In this document: positions 38,651 through 47,653 of the stretch, one piece after another
Position numbering within the stretch: position 1 is the stretch's first letter
Layout of the letters: each line of letters begins with the position of its first letter
Virus record (IMG/VR): IMGVR_UViG_3300009502_000036
Span: 1 to 64,000 of that record
DNA: 64,000 nucleotides
Direction: 5' to 3' (one strand)
DNA from: a virus
Position numbers and translations under genes: made by a program
Notes under the pieces: generated by a model
What the model was told of the DNA's origin: nothing
Database searches by the model: none
Seen by the model: the letters and a program-made list of their open reading frames with translations, nothing else

Positions 38651-38854
38651 ATGAAAAAGATCACAATTATTAGCGCTTTCCTTTCTATCATTCTTGCTAG
38701 CGCACCATCTTTTGCTGCAGATACGACTGCACCAGTTACAGCAAAAACAGAAGTAGTAACAGCTAAGAAAGCAATGAAAGCTCCTAAAGTTACAAAAAAG
38801 AAAGTAGTAGCAGCTAAGAAATCAGTGAAGGTTGCAACTCCAACAGTTAAGTAA
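38651..38854 (+). CDS. small secreted Lys/Ala/Val/Thr-rich protein
   Basis: Signal peptide MKKITIISAFLSIILASAPSFA-A; basic low-complexity mature part. Confidence 0.7.
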   Translation: MKKITIISAFLSIILASAPSFAADTTAPVTAKTEVVTAKKAMKAPKVTKKKVVAAKKSVKVATPTVK

Positions 38855-38878
38855 TCAATAACAAAAACAAAAAACATT

Positions 38879-39547
38879 ATGAAAAAAATTACATTTTTAA
38901 TAGCATTGTTTGGGATGTTACTTATGTCTACAGTAACATCTTATGCATCTGATTTGGTAACCTCTGGAAGTGTTGGTGTTTATAGTAGATATTTTGATCA
39001 TGGTTATGATCAAAGTAATGGGAAAGCATTTTCTACTCTTTCTGGTACTGTAGCTTACGACGCACTATCTGTAAGTGTTCTTGCAAAACAGTCTATTTCA
39101 GGACAAAGTGGTTATAATGGAATTGAAGGATCTGTTGATTATGCATTAAGCAAAAATGCTTCTTTCGGTGTAAGATCGTATTCTATTGCTGATGTAAGAA
39201 ATGATCAGGATTTGGATGCTCATATCTCACTTACTGATGGTGCATTTACTATTAATGCAGAAAGAAGAATAGCTGGAATTAACACGTCTGGAACTTATGG
39301 AGAACTTGTTATTACAACTCATCCAATTAAGAATATAGATGTTCAGATTGTTTCTGGTGTAGGTAATAAAATTTATACCGCTAGTAATGATTTGAAATTC
39401 CAACTTGTCAACGAAGCAATAGTTATTAAAACTAATGTTGCTAATGACGTTTCTGTTTTTGGTACCGCGGTTTACAATTCTGCATTGCATCAGACATTCA
39501 AAACAAATGATATTCTTTATGGAGTAGGTCTTTCGGTTAATCTCTAA
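38879..39547 (+). CDS. outer-membrane beta-barrel protein (TorF-like putative porin)
   Basis: Signal peptide; VYSRYFDHGYDQ N-terminal motif; alternating beta strands; C-terminal YGVGLSVNL beta signal. Confidence 0.65.
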   Translation: MKKITFLIALFGMLLMSTVTSYASDLVTSGSVGVYSRYFDHGYDQSNGKAFSTLSGTVAYDALSVSVLAKQSISGQSGYNGIEGSVDYALSKNASFGVRSYSIADVRNDQDLDAHISLTDGAFTINAERRIAGINTSGTYGELVITTHPIKNIDVQIVSGVGNKIYTASNDLKFQLVNEAIVIKTNVANDVSVFGTAVYNSALHQTFKTNDILYGVGLSVNL

Positions 39548-39567
39548 AAAGAACTTTAGTATATCAA

Positions 39568-39602
39568 AGAAATGGCTCCTAATAGGAGCCATTTCTGTTT
39601 TT
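39568..39602 (+). terminator. rho-independent terminator
   Basis: AGAAATGGCTCCT-AAT-AGGAGCCATTTCT followed by GTTTTT. Confidence 0.85.
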
Positions 39603-39620
39603 ATTGCAATTATATAATTT

Positions 39621-39628
39621 TATAAATA
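39621..39628 (+). promoter_or_regulatory. T4 late promoter
   Basis: TATAAATA upstream of the lysis cassette; another at 40056-40063. Confidence 0.7.
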
Positions 39629-39664
39629 GAAATAATATTATATAACAATAAAAAGGAGGATTAT

Positions 39665-40060
39665 ATGCCTACAGATACAGATTTGCTAAGTGGAATATAT
39701 TCAGCAATAATTAATTCTTTGTCTATACCATATATAGTTTCTACAAATATTCTCATCTATTTAATTATCAAATTTATAGATTATTTAAATAAAGAGAAAT
39801 ATGTTCCCGGAATAACAAAAAAGATTATAACTGCTATAGTCGGTCTTAGTATGGGAATTTTATTTCATTTTATAGGAACCACAACGACAGAAGTTCTTAT
39901 AACATCTTTCTTAGTTGTTCCCTTTTCTTATAAATATATAATCAAATATATTTTAAAAACATTTGGTGTTTATTATAGAGATTTACCAGGAAAAACTGAA
40001 GAAGAAGACAAAAAGGCAGCAGATGATGCAATGAATAGTGATTCAAATATAAATTTATAA
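39665..40060 (+). CDS. putative holin
   Basis: About three hydrophobic segments and a charged C-tail; directly upstream of the endolysin; AGGAGG RBS. Confidence 0.55.
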   Translation: MPTDTDLLSGIYSAIINSLSIPYIVSTNILIYLIIKFIDYLNKEKYVPGITKKIITAIVGLSMGILFHFIGTTTTEVLITSFLVVPFSYKYIIKYILKTFGVYYRDLPGKTEEEDKKAADDAMNSDSNINL

Positions 40061-40191
40061 ATAATTCACGCTTTAATATTTAACTTTGTAAATCAATACT
40101 ATAGACAGTAGCATCATTTTAAACTATTGGTGCTACTGTCTGTTTATTAAGAAAATTACATAATTAATAACAATCCTCATATTTAAAATAA

Positions 40192-40809
40192 ATGGATTTT
40201 TTAACAAAAGAAAAACTTGAAAAGATAATTATAGGTAATAGTCATATAGATAATTGGTTTTTAGCACTCATTACTATATTACCAAAATATGAAATAAACA
40301 CTATTATTAGAGTAGGAGCATTTTTAGCTCAAACTGCACATGAAAGTGGTAATTATATGATTATAAAGGAAAATTTAAATTATAGAGCTGCTGCACTTAT
40401 GACAGTTTTTAGAAAATATTTTCCTACAATAGAAATGGCTACAGCTTATGAACATAAGCCTGAAAAAATTGCTAATAGAGTATATGCTAATAGAATAGGA
40501 AATGGACCTGAAACTTCTGGTGATGGATTTAAGTTCTGTGGAAGAGGTTTAATTCAATTGACTGGTAAAAGTAACTATACTGCTTTTGCTAAATGTATAG
40601 GAAAGTCGGTAGATGAAACAATACTTTATATGGAAACTCCTACGGGTGCATTGGAGAGTGCATGTTGGTATTGGAAAGAAAATAATCTAAATATCTACGC
40701 AGATTCTAAGGATATCAAAACAATGTCTATACGAATAAATGGAGGTACTATAGGTCTAGATGATCGTATAGCACGTTACAATAAAGCAATACAAATATTG
40801 GAGGCTTAA
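40192..40809 (+). CDS. GH19 (chitinase-like) endolysin
   Basis: AFLAQTAHESG, ENLNY, IANRVYANRIGNG, GDG.KF.GRGLIQLTGKSNY, INGG..GL.DR. Confidence 0.93.
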   Translation: MDFLTKEKLEKIIIGNSHIDNWFLALITILPKYEINTIIRVGAFLAQTAHESGNYMIIKENLNYRAAALMTVFRKYFPTIEMATAYEHKPEKIANRVYANRIGNGPETSGDGFKFCGRGLIQLTGKSNYTAFAKCIGKSVDETILYMETPTGALESACWYWKENNLNIYADSKDIKTMSIRINGGTIGLDDRIARYNKAIQILEA

Positions 40810-40811
40810 TT

Positions 40812-41291
40812 ATGTGGATATTACATTTAATACCAGATTCTTTTTTGAATATAATAGTAAATTTTGTTATTCTTCTTGGAATAGTGATGGTAATTATATC
40901 ATTCTTTTTTGAAAATCAACTTCTAAAAATATTACCACCGAATATTGCTATTAACCCTATACAGCAAAAGTTATTTCAAGCATTGAGTGTTGCTGTTCTA
41001 TTGACTGGAGTGTATTGGAAAGGTGGATATGGAACAGAAATGAAATGGAGAGCGCGTGTTGCAGAAGTCGAGGCTAAATTGAAAATTGCAGAAGCGCAAA
41101 GTGCAAAAGTGACGGAGAAAATCGTTACAGTTACAAAAGAAAAGATTGTATATATTAACAAACATACGGCATCTGTTTCAACCGAAATATCTACAAATGA
41201 GGATGAAATAAATAAAGGAAGTGTTTTAACACCTTTAGCAGTTAAAATTTATAATGAAGCTGTAAGTGGACCAAACGAGGAACATAAATGA
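40812..41291 (+). CDS. putative inner-membrane spanin (Rz-like)
   Basis: N-terminal transmembrane segments then a coiled coil; follows the endolysin. Confidence 0.65.
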   Translation: MWILHLIPDSFLNIIVNFVILLGIVMVIISFFFENQLLKILPPNIAINPIQQKLFQALSVAVLLTGVYWKGGYGTEMKWRARVAEVEAKLKIAEAQSAKVTEKIVTVTKEKIVYINKHTASVSTEISTNEDEINKGSVLTPLAVKIYNEAVSGPNEEHK

Positions 41292-41545
41292 AAAAAATAT
41301 ATATACTACTGTTATTATTGGTTGGTTGTCAATCTGTGCCTACAAAAAGAAATTTTCCAGAACCACCATCTGATTTGATTGTTTCATCTAAATTAATTTT
41401 GTTAGATAGTAACACCACAAAAATTTCAGATCTTTTACAGAATGCAAACCAAAACTATGGATCTTATTATATCCTTAAAGCTAAAAATGATGCATGGATA
41501 GAATGGTATAAACAACAAAAGAATATTTGGAATTCAGTCAAGTAA
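41288..41545 (+). CDS. putative outer-membrane lipoprotein spanin (Rz1-like)
   Basis: Lipobox LLVGC, Pro-rich FPEPP; overlaps the i-spanin stop. Confidence 0.75.
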   Translation: MKKIYILLLLLVGCQSVPTKRNFPEPPSDLIVSSKLILLDSNTTKISDLLQNANQNYGSYYILKAKNDAWIEWYKQQKNIWNSVK

Positions 41546-41716
41546 TTGAAATGCTAAAATTCCAACGGAAGATAATACTAGGAATAGTATTGTAATAATT
41601 CTATTCATTAATATATCTGTTTTAGATAAAACATGGATTTTTAATTCACGCACCCCTTCATCAACTTCATTTAATCTTTTTACTGTTTTCGTTATAAGAT
41701 TTTCTACATTTTCCAT
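41534..41716 (-). CDS. small coiled-coil protein with C-terminal membrane helix
   Basis: 60 aa; RIITILFLVLSSVGILAF. Confidence 0.55.
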   Translation of the reverse strand: MENVENLITKTVKRLNEVDEGVRELKIHVLSKTDILMNRIITILFLVLSSVGILAFQLLD

Positions 41717-41729
41717 AATATAACGTATT

Positions 41730-41936
41730 TTATGGTAAAAATAATCTAGATATGTGTAGTCCTGTTAAAAATATACAAGCACAAAGAACTGCAGATATAA
41801 TTTTCATTTGAAACTCCAGAACATCAAATCTTTTTTCAAATCCCCTTTTAAACTTGTCTATGTTTTTTTCTACAATATCCAATTTTTCTTCCAATTCAGA
41901 ATATGGAGATTTAATCACTTTTTCAGGTGTTGACAT
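41730..41936 (-). CDS. small coiled-coil protein with C-terminal membrane helix
   Basis: 68 aa; IISAVLCACIFLTGL. Confidence 0.55.
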   Translation of the reverse strand: MSTPEKVIKSPYSELEEKLDIVEKNIDKFKRGFEKRFDVLEFQMKIISAVLCACIFLTGLHISRLFLP

Positions 41937-41938
41937 TG

Positions 41939-42256
41939 TTATTTTTTAATTATAGTTGATAAAAGACCTACTAATTCTAAGACCACTCCGCCTAATAAAC
42001 CCCATATCCAAAATGTAAGAGTATCCCACTTCTTGTCAAAATTAACTTTTGTAGATTCAATATCATCATCTATATCATCTATTCTAGTATCAACTCTTTT
42101 TATTTCTTTGATATCGGAAAGTCTTCTTTCTACACAAAGATCATGTGTTGTAAAATTAGTTAATTTATTTTCTATTTTTTCAATGTCCTTTTTTACTGAC
42201 TCATATACTTTTGATATTTGTTCTAGAACCCATGCTTTAGATATCTCTTCGGGCAT
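41939..42256 (-). CDS. XhlA-like coiled-coil membrane protein
   Basis: 105 aa; coiled coil then FWIWGLLGGVVLELVGLLSTIIKK. Confidence 0.55.
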   Translation of the reverse strand: MPEEISKAWVLEQISKVYESVKKDIEKIENKLTNFTTHDLCVERRLSDIKEIKRVDTRIDDIDDDIESTKVNFDKKWDTLTFWIWGLLGGVVLELVGLLSTIIKK

Positions 42257-42313
42257 TGTGTTTTGTTTTTATGTTATCGTTGTGCATAATATTTATTTAT
42301 GAAAATATCGTTT

Positions 42314-45292
42314 CTAGTGTTGAATTACGGTTGGTAAAAAATCACCTAATCCTCCAGATAAAGCTATTATTCTATACATGTCGTTGTTATTATTAACAGC
42401 ACCAATATTCCCAGACTGTTTTTCATGTACATTTGTATTAGATGGAGCATTTATCACGACATTACCAGCAACATCGTCGGTAGATACAGGTACTGTTGCT
42501 TTTCTCGCAAATTCTAAAGATTTAGTTTCTGCACTAATAAATGCGCCTTGTTTTACTGGTTTTGGAACTGCAACCAGTGGCTTAACAGATGGATTAAGTT
42601 CAACCGAATTTTGTAAAGTTGATTTAGGTTTACTTAATGCAGTTGAACCTTCGTTGGTATTTAAAAGAGCTAATGCATTAGATTGTCTTTGCCCTCTAAC
42701 TTTACCGGAAGATCTTTCGTAATAAATATCAACCGCTGCAGCCGCACCATCTGCAGTTTTTGCTTCTTTTATTTGATCACCCGCTTTCTTTTCTGTGTTA
42801 TTTAATTCCCAATCTACAAATGCTAATTGTTCTTTAAAGCTCGATTGTTTAATATCTTTACCCATCACTTTAGCAAACATTTTTTGTCTATCAGGGTGCC
42901 ATTGAGCTATGCCATATGCTTGTCCATCATCACCGACAGAATTGGTTTTCATATCTTTACCACTTTCTGACTGTAAATTTCCAATAATACCCGCCGCTTG
43001 CTCCTTTGTCCAACCTTTGGATTGTAAAAATGACATCCCTTCTTTAGAACTACCTGATTCACCCAAACCTTTTTCTGCGGAGCCACCACCCATACCAACC
43101 GAAGTACCTCCAGCTTTGCTCATAGATTGTGATGGAGTTAATCCCATCTTTTTCATTATATTACCAAAGAATTCTCCAACACCACCTGTAATTTTATTTC
43201 CGGTTGTTGCTATAACGTCAGTCTGCCCTTCATAATCGGCTTCTCTCCAAAGTTGAGCATTATCTTTGTCAAAGTTAAATGGATTTAATCTTTTCATAAC
43301 CCATCTAATAATCTTATCACCTATTTTTGCTATAGATACTATACCAACTGCCATATTTTTAGGTACAGAAAAAATTCCTTCTACCAAACTACTAATATTC
43401 TTTTGAAGAATTTCGCTTATATTTATTTTCTTCGATATCGTTTCCGATTTAGTTTTTTTAGGCGAAGTTTTTTCTGATGCCAAAGCTTCATTACCAAATA
43501 TAGAATTCATTATTGATCCTATTGGATCAGATACGATTGATTTTCCTATAGGTCTAGCTAATTTGTTACCAAGTAAGGTTCCACCCATAGAACCTAGTAT
43601 TTTAAATAAGGTACTATATTTTTTAAGAGGTCCTATCGCAGTTGCTCCTAATAATCTTTCGCCGCCGATACCACCTACTATCCCGCCGCCTACTGAGCCA
43701 ATTTCACTAGAGATAGCTTCTTTTACTTTTTCACCTGCTGCAATGTTTGAAGTCGCGTTCCCAATACCAAATGCAGTTTCAACTGCAACTGGGTGTTTAT
43801 GAACAGAATCATAAACACCTTTAGCTGATTTTAAAAACGACTTTTTGCTACCAGGTTCTTGTGGTTCTTTTGTTAAATCATCCCACCAATTTGCCTTAAC
43901 GGAGGTTCCTACTTTAGGTTCTCTCGGTTTTCCCCACCAAGATCCTATTCCAGAATTTTCTTTCCCAAATACACCAGCTCCTGCTAAATCTCTAGTTGCG
44001 GATATTCCAGATAATCCCCAACTTAAAGGTGATAATCCAACGGCACCAGCCAATCCAGAACTAGCTTCTAATGCAGCACCAGTATAATCTCCTTCTTTTG
44101 CTTTTTGATATGCATAATATGCACCTAAACCTGCACCTAGTAACGGTATAGATTTTCCTAAAGTTTTAAATCCAAGTTTTCCTGCACCTTTAACCGCAAT
44201 TTTTGTACCAAGTTCTGGTACAACTTCTTCTCCTGCCTTTGTTAAAAGTTTTGTTCCTATATTAGGAATTGCTTTCTCTGCAACCTTTTCAGTAACAACT
44301 TCTGCAACACTTGTTGATGGAAATACTTTACCTAAAACATTTGATCCTGTAGTTAGCGCTTTTGTTGCACCCTTTGCTAATACTTCTCCACCTACTGTTT
44401 CTACGCCAGTTGACAATACTTTACCTAAAACATTTGATCCTGTAGTTAGCGCTTTTGTTGCACCCTTTGCTAATACTTCTCCACCTACTGTTTCTACGCC
44501 AGTTGACAATACTTTAGGGACAAAACCGCCCAATGCTTTTGTTGCAAGTTTTCCTGCTCCTATAGTTGCTGCTATTGTACCTAAAACCTCTGTTGCGGTT
44601 ATGATTTTATTTAATAACCCATTCGTCTCTCTCCTTTCTACTTTTTCAGAAGATCCTTTACAACAGCAACAACCATCACCATTAGGCGGCGGCCATTTTT
44701 TAGTATAACCTCCACCTAATGGGTTTTTAGGTCCTGCGGGACCTAGTGGCCCGAAAGTCTCACCGCCTGACCCATTTGGACTTTCAGGAGCTTTATAAGG
44801 CGTTCCACTCGAGTCCGCATCTCCAAACTTTCTCTGAAGTAGTTTCCAAATTTGATATGTATTATTAGCAGAATTTGCGGCATCTTTATAACTCTGTTTT
44901 CTAGCAAAAGTATCTGCTGTTGTTTCTGCTTTTTCTTTTGCTTTACTTTCTGCAACTTTTTTACCCCATGGAGTTTTTGCAAACAGATTATCAAGGGTTC
45001 CAGATATTCTTCTTTCTAAAAATTTAGTACCCTGTCCAGCAATAAATGACAATACCATTTTTTCTGGACCAATTCCACCATTTTTAGAAATCGTATTGGA
45101 AGTATGGGTTTGACGAGTTAAGGTTTCAACAGCTCTAGCAGTACGAACAGATGCCTTTGCTGCTATAAGATTAATAGCAACTAATTTATCTATGACTACT
45201 AACAAATCCCTATCCCCTCTTTTTGATAGCTGAATGTCAGGCATCTTAAGAGGTTTATCGTTTATTGGTTTTTCTGATTTTGGTGTTGCCAT
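42314..45292 (-). CDS. tape-measure-like tail protein with phage tail lysozyme domain
   Basis: 992 aa Gly/Ala-rich; KSIPLLGAGLG...GDYTGAALE; GWTKEQAAGIIGNLQSES...GIAQWHPDR lysozyme motif; VINAPSNTN tail; downstream of gp26/gp51. Confidence 0.75.
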   Translation of the reverse strand: MATPKSEKPINDKPLKMPDIQLSKRGDRDLLVVIDKLVAINLIAAKASVRTARAVETLTRQTHTSNTISKNGGIGPEKMVLSFIAGQGTKFLERRISGTLDNLFAKTPWGKKVAESKAKEKAETTADTFARKQSYKDAANSANNTYQIWKLLQRKFGDADSSGTPYKAPESPNGSGGETFGPLGPAGPKNPLGGGYTKKWPPPNGDGCCCCKGSSEKVERRETNGLLNKIITATEVLGTIAATIGAGKLATKALGGFVPKVLSTGVETVGGEVLAKGATKALTTGSNVLGKVLSTGVETVGGEVLAKGATKALTTGSNVLGKVFPSTSVAEVVTEKVAEKAIPNIGTKLLTKAGEEVVPELGTKIAVKGAGKLGFKTLGKSIPLLGAGLGAYYAYQKAKEGDYTGAALEASSGLAGAVGLSPLSWGLSGISATRDLAGAGVFGKENSGIGSWWGKPREPKVGTSVKANWWDDLTKEPQEPGSKKSFLKSAKGVYDSVHKHPVAVETAFGIGNATSNIAAGEKVKEAISSEIGSVGGGIVGGIGGERLLGATAIGPLKKYSTLFKILGSMGGTLLGNKLARPIGKSIVSDPIGSIMNSIFGNEALASEKTSPKKTKSETISKKINISEILQKNISSLVEGIFSVPKNMAVGIVSIAKIGDKIIRWVMKRLNPFNFDKDNAQLWREADYEGQTDVIATTGNKITGGVGEFFGNIMKKMGLTPSQSMSKAGGTSVGMGGGSAEKGLGESGSSKEGMSFLQSKGWTKEQAAGIIGNLQSESGKDMKTNSVGDDGQAYGIAQWHPDRQKMFAKVMGKDIKQSSFKEQLAFVDWELNNTEKKAGDQIKEAKTADGAAAAVDIYYERSSGKVRGQRQSNALALLNTNEGSTALSKPKSTLQNSVELNPSVKPLVAVPKPVKQGAFISAETKSLEFARKATVPVSTDDVAGNVVINAPSNTNVHEKQSGNIGAVNNNNDMYRIIALSGGLGDFLPTVIQH
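44322..44516 (-). repeat. 93-bp tandem duplication in the tape-measure gene
   Basis: Two exact copies encoding KVLSTGVETVGGEVLAKGATKALTTGSNVLG. Confidence 0.9.
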
Positions 45293-45301
45293 CTTTTTAA
45301 T

Positions 45302-45475
45302 TTAAGTTTTTTCTTGTTCTCTAATCCAATTCTTTAATTGCTCTACATAAATATCACGTTCCCATGGTATCCAACTTTCAACTTCTGTAACACTCCAATT
45401 ATAATGTTTCATCAATTGAAAATTTAATGTGTAATAATTAGACAATGAATTATGACCAAGAATTAAGTAAAAAAA
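45302..45475 (-). CDS. gp51: gp51-like baseplate/tail assembly protein (no start codon before its conserved N-terminal block)
   Basis: Hand-translated LILGHNSLSNYYTLNFQLMKHYNWSVTEVESWIPWERDIYVEQLKNWIREQEKT*, in the -1 frame of gp26; first ATG only at 45412. Confidence 0.8.
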   Translation of the reverse strand, partial: FFYLILGHNSLSNYYTLNFQLMKHYNWSVTEVESWIPWERDIYVEQLKNWIREQEKT

Positions 45476-46182
45476 TCTGTTAGCCCTTCTAAAACTATAG
45501 TTTCTTCTACTTTACACTTTCCGCATTTCCATTTAACTTCATAAGATACTTTTGGTAGTGTTTCAAAGAAATATTCTATCTTTTCTAATTGCGTATGAGT
45601 TAAATTATCAACAAATGCAGTTATCTCTTCTTTCTTATAATCCAAACTTGGATATGTTTTATCTGCATCATAAATATAATCTATACAATCTGCAATTATA
45701 GAAAAAGATGTGTTGCTGTTGTAATTACCTAGTTCATTTAATATGGAAAGAGTAGGATATTTCATCACTACACCTATTTCATCTGTTAATTGAATCTTTT
45801 TATCATGACCTTCTGTTTTCACGATATCAACTAGCGATAAATCTACTAAAATTTCCTGAGTATGATCACATGGGTTTCCATCAGAATTTATCCCATCAAT
45901 ATGTTTTACGAAAATTGTTATTTTATCACTTATTGACTTTTCTCTAAGACGCAAAAAACAGTATTCTAAATCAAATATAGATATTGCTTCTACGTCAATT
46001 CCAAACACACAAACTCTAATAATTTCTTTAATAGAGTTTATAATATCATCAGGGTTGCCGCCTTCCAAAGCAATAAGAAGAATTTTTTCTTCTTTCACTA
46101 AAAAGGGTCTGTAAGAAAACTTCTTACCCGTTGACGGTAATATTAATGTAAATTGAGGACTTGCGATTGATGGTAATGCCAT
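45463..46182 (-). CDS. gp26: baseplate hub subunit gp26
   Basis: MALP, YRPFLVKEEKILL, FDLEY.FL.LR.KS, GVVMKYP, EGL.DFF end. Confidence 0.92.
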   Translation of the reverse strand: MALPSIASPQFTLILPSTGKKFSYRPFLVKEEKILLIALEGGNPDDIINSIKEIIRVCVFGIDVEAISIFDLEYCFLRLREKSISDKITIFVKHIDGINSDGNPCDHTQEILVDLSLVDIVKTEGHDKKIQLTDEIGVVMKYPTLSILNELGNYNSNTSFSIIADCIDYIYDADKTYPSLDYKKEEITAFVDNLTHTQLEKIEYFFETLPKVSYEVKWKCGKCKVEETIVLEGLTDFFT

Positions 46183-46211
46183 AATGTTATATTTTTATGT
46201 TTATGATATAA

Positions 46212-46850
46212 TTATTGTACTTGAATTCTAGTTCCTATATTCCCACCTACTCCTGATGTAGCCTTTAATACTGTAGGGGTAGCCAATCCTTCTACAAAAT
46301 TCCATTGAGCATAAGATAGAGTAACGTTAAAATATACTGGAGTTGTATGAGATGCCCAATCCAAATCTATTGCTCCTACGTTTGTTGGCCAGCATTTTGA
46401 AAGTCTTATCGTTGAAGTTAATTGTCGTGCTTCGTTATAAATATAAATTTCTGCATCTACAGTATAATCGGCATAATAACCCACTAAAAAGGTTGATCCA
46501 TCTTGACTTGGAATACCGTAATTAATTACTCCATTTTGCCATGCAGCAAAAAGTTTTCTTTCCCAAAGATTACCAGAAGATACGACTTCTATTGTCATAT
46601 CATTCGTTGAATTCTCTGAAGCATGCTTTATCTGAGGTCCATTATAGGAAACAGAATTAGATTGAATTGCTAATTCGGGTAACTGAGACTTCATTGTATG
46701 AACACTAAGATCATCCATTAGTGTTGCTTGATAATTCTTTTGTAGACATTTAGGCATTGTCAAAAATTTAAATTCAAACAATGACGAATCTGTCAATCCT
46801 ATCCCAGCAAAGGATCCTCTAAAATTGGAAACAGAAAAATTTAATGGCAT
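46212..46850 (-). CDS. tail tube initiator gp54-like (tail-tube fold)
   Basis: ERKLF.AWQ, YY.DY, WPTNVGAIDL.W, F.VTLSY..W. Confidence 0.7.
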   Translation of the reverse strand: MPLNFSVSNFRGSFAGIGLTDSSLFEFKFLTMPKCLQKNYQATLMDDLSVHTMKSQLPELAIQSNSVSYNGPQIKHASENSTNDMTIEVVSSGNLWERKLFAAWQNGVINYGIPSQDGSTFLVGYYADYTVDAEIYIYNEARQLTSTIRLSKCWPTNVGAIDLDWASHTTPVYFNVTLSYAQWNFVEGLATPTVLKATSGVGGNIGTRIQVQ

Positions 46851-46861
46851 ATTTATTTAAT

Positions 46862-47638
46862 TTACTTAATTTTTGCTCTTGAATCTCTCCATACCTTTTG
46901 CTGGCTAGCCTTCTTAAACTGTGCTACTGGTAAAAATAATGCAATGTCCCATTCAGATGAATAAACATTTATAAAACGACTTTTAACATGTTCGTATAAA
47001 TATCTATGAATAGTTGGAGCAACTTCTTTATGTGCAGAAATTCCCTTTGTTATTTTGTAGGAAATTGCTAATTTGGTCTTTTCATCATAACGATCATCTG
47101 TCGCTAATGTATATAAAGAATCCATTAATTTTGCTCTAAGAATGTAAGGTAAATAATGGAAATTTAAACCGAGAAAACCATCACTATATTGTTCTATAGG
47201 AATAATTGCTGGGAACATGTCATAATAAGGCAATGTTTTAGCATATTTAGGATCATACATGAAGAAATAAAATTCCCCAGGTAATAATTTAGTGACTAAT
47301 CTAGTTTTCTCTGAAAGAAGACTAGCAGATGTTACTTGATGCTGTTCTTTAGCAATTCCTCTAAACCAGTCCCTAGCATCTTGTGTTCTAGCCGGAATAT
47401 TTCCAGATCTTATACCACGAAGAAGTAGATTATCAAAAACTCTTTCCTGAGTAGTGTAATTCTTTTTACCTGCAAGTTTATTTAATTCTAAAGTAGTGTT
47501 TTTTGTTGCAACTGATCCCGTCTTTCCAGAAGGAAGTATACGAGCCCATTTGTTAATTCGGTGACCTTTCGAATCACCTAAATATCTATAGAAATAACCA
47601 TCTTTCGATTTAAGCTCTACACCTTCAAACACAGACAT
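46862..47638 (-). CDS. gp2: DNA end protector protein gp2
   Basis: YFFMYDPK..TLPYYD.FP, GFLGLNFHYLP...RAKL, EWDIALFLP...F.K. Confidence 0.9.
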   Translation of the reverse strand: MSVFEGVELKSKDGYFYRYLGDSKGHRINKWARILPSGKTGSVATKNTTLELNKLAGKKNYTTQERVFDNLLLRGIRSGNIPARTQDARDWFRGIAKEQHQVTSASLLSEKTRLVTKLLPGEFYFFMYDPKYAKTLPYYDMFPAIIPIEQYSDGFLGLNFHYLPYILRAKLMDSLYTLATDDRYDEKTKLAISYKITKGISAHKEVAPTIHRYLYEHVKSRFINVYSSEWDIALFLPVAQFKKASQQKVWRDSRAKIK

Positions 47639-47653
47639 TATTTTATTTCCCTT

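Noticed and set aside
42378-44087. Plus-strand ORFs opposite the tape-measure gene, and similar antisense ORFs opposite ligA, nrdJ, gp6 and the fibre gene
   Set aside because: Shadow frames of well-supported genes with no motifs of their own.
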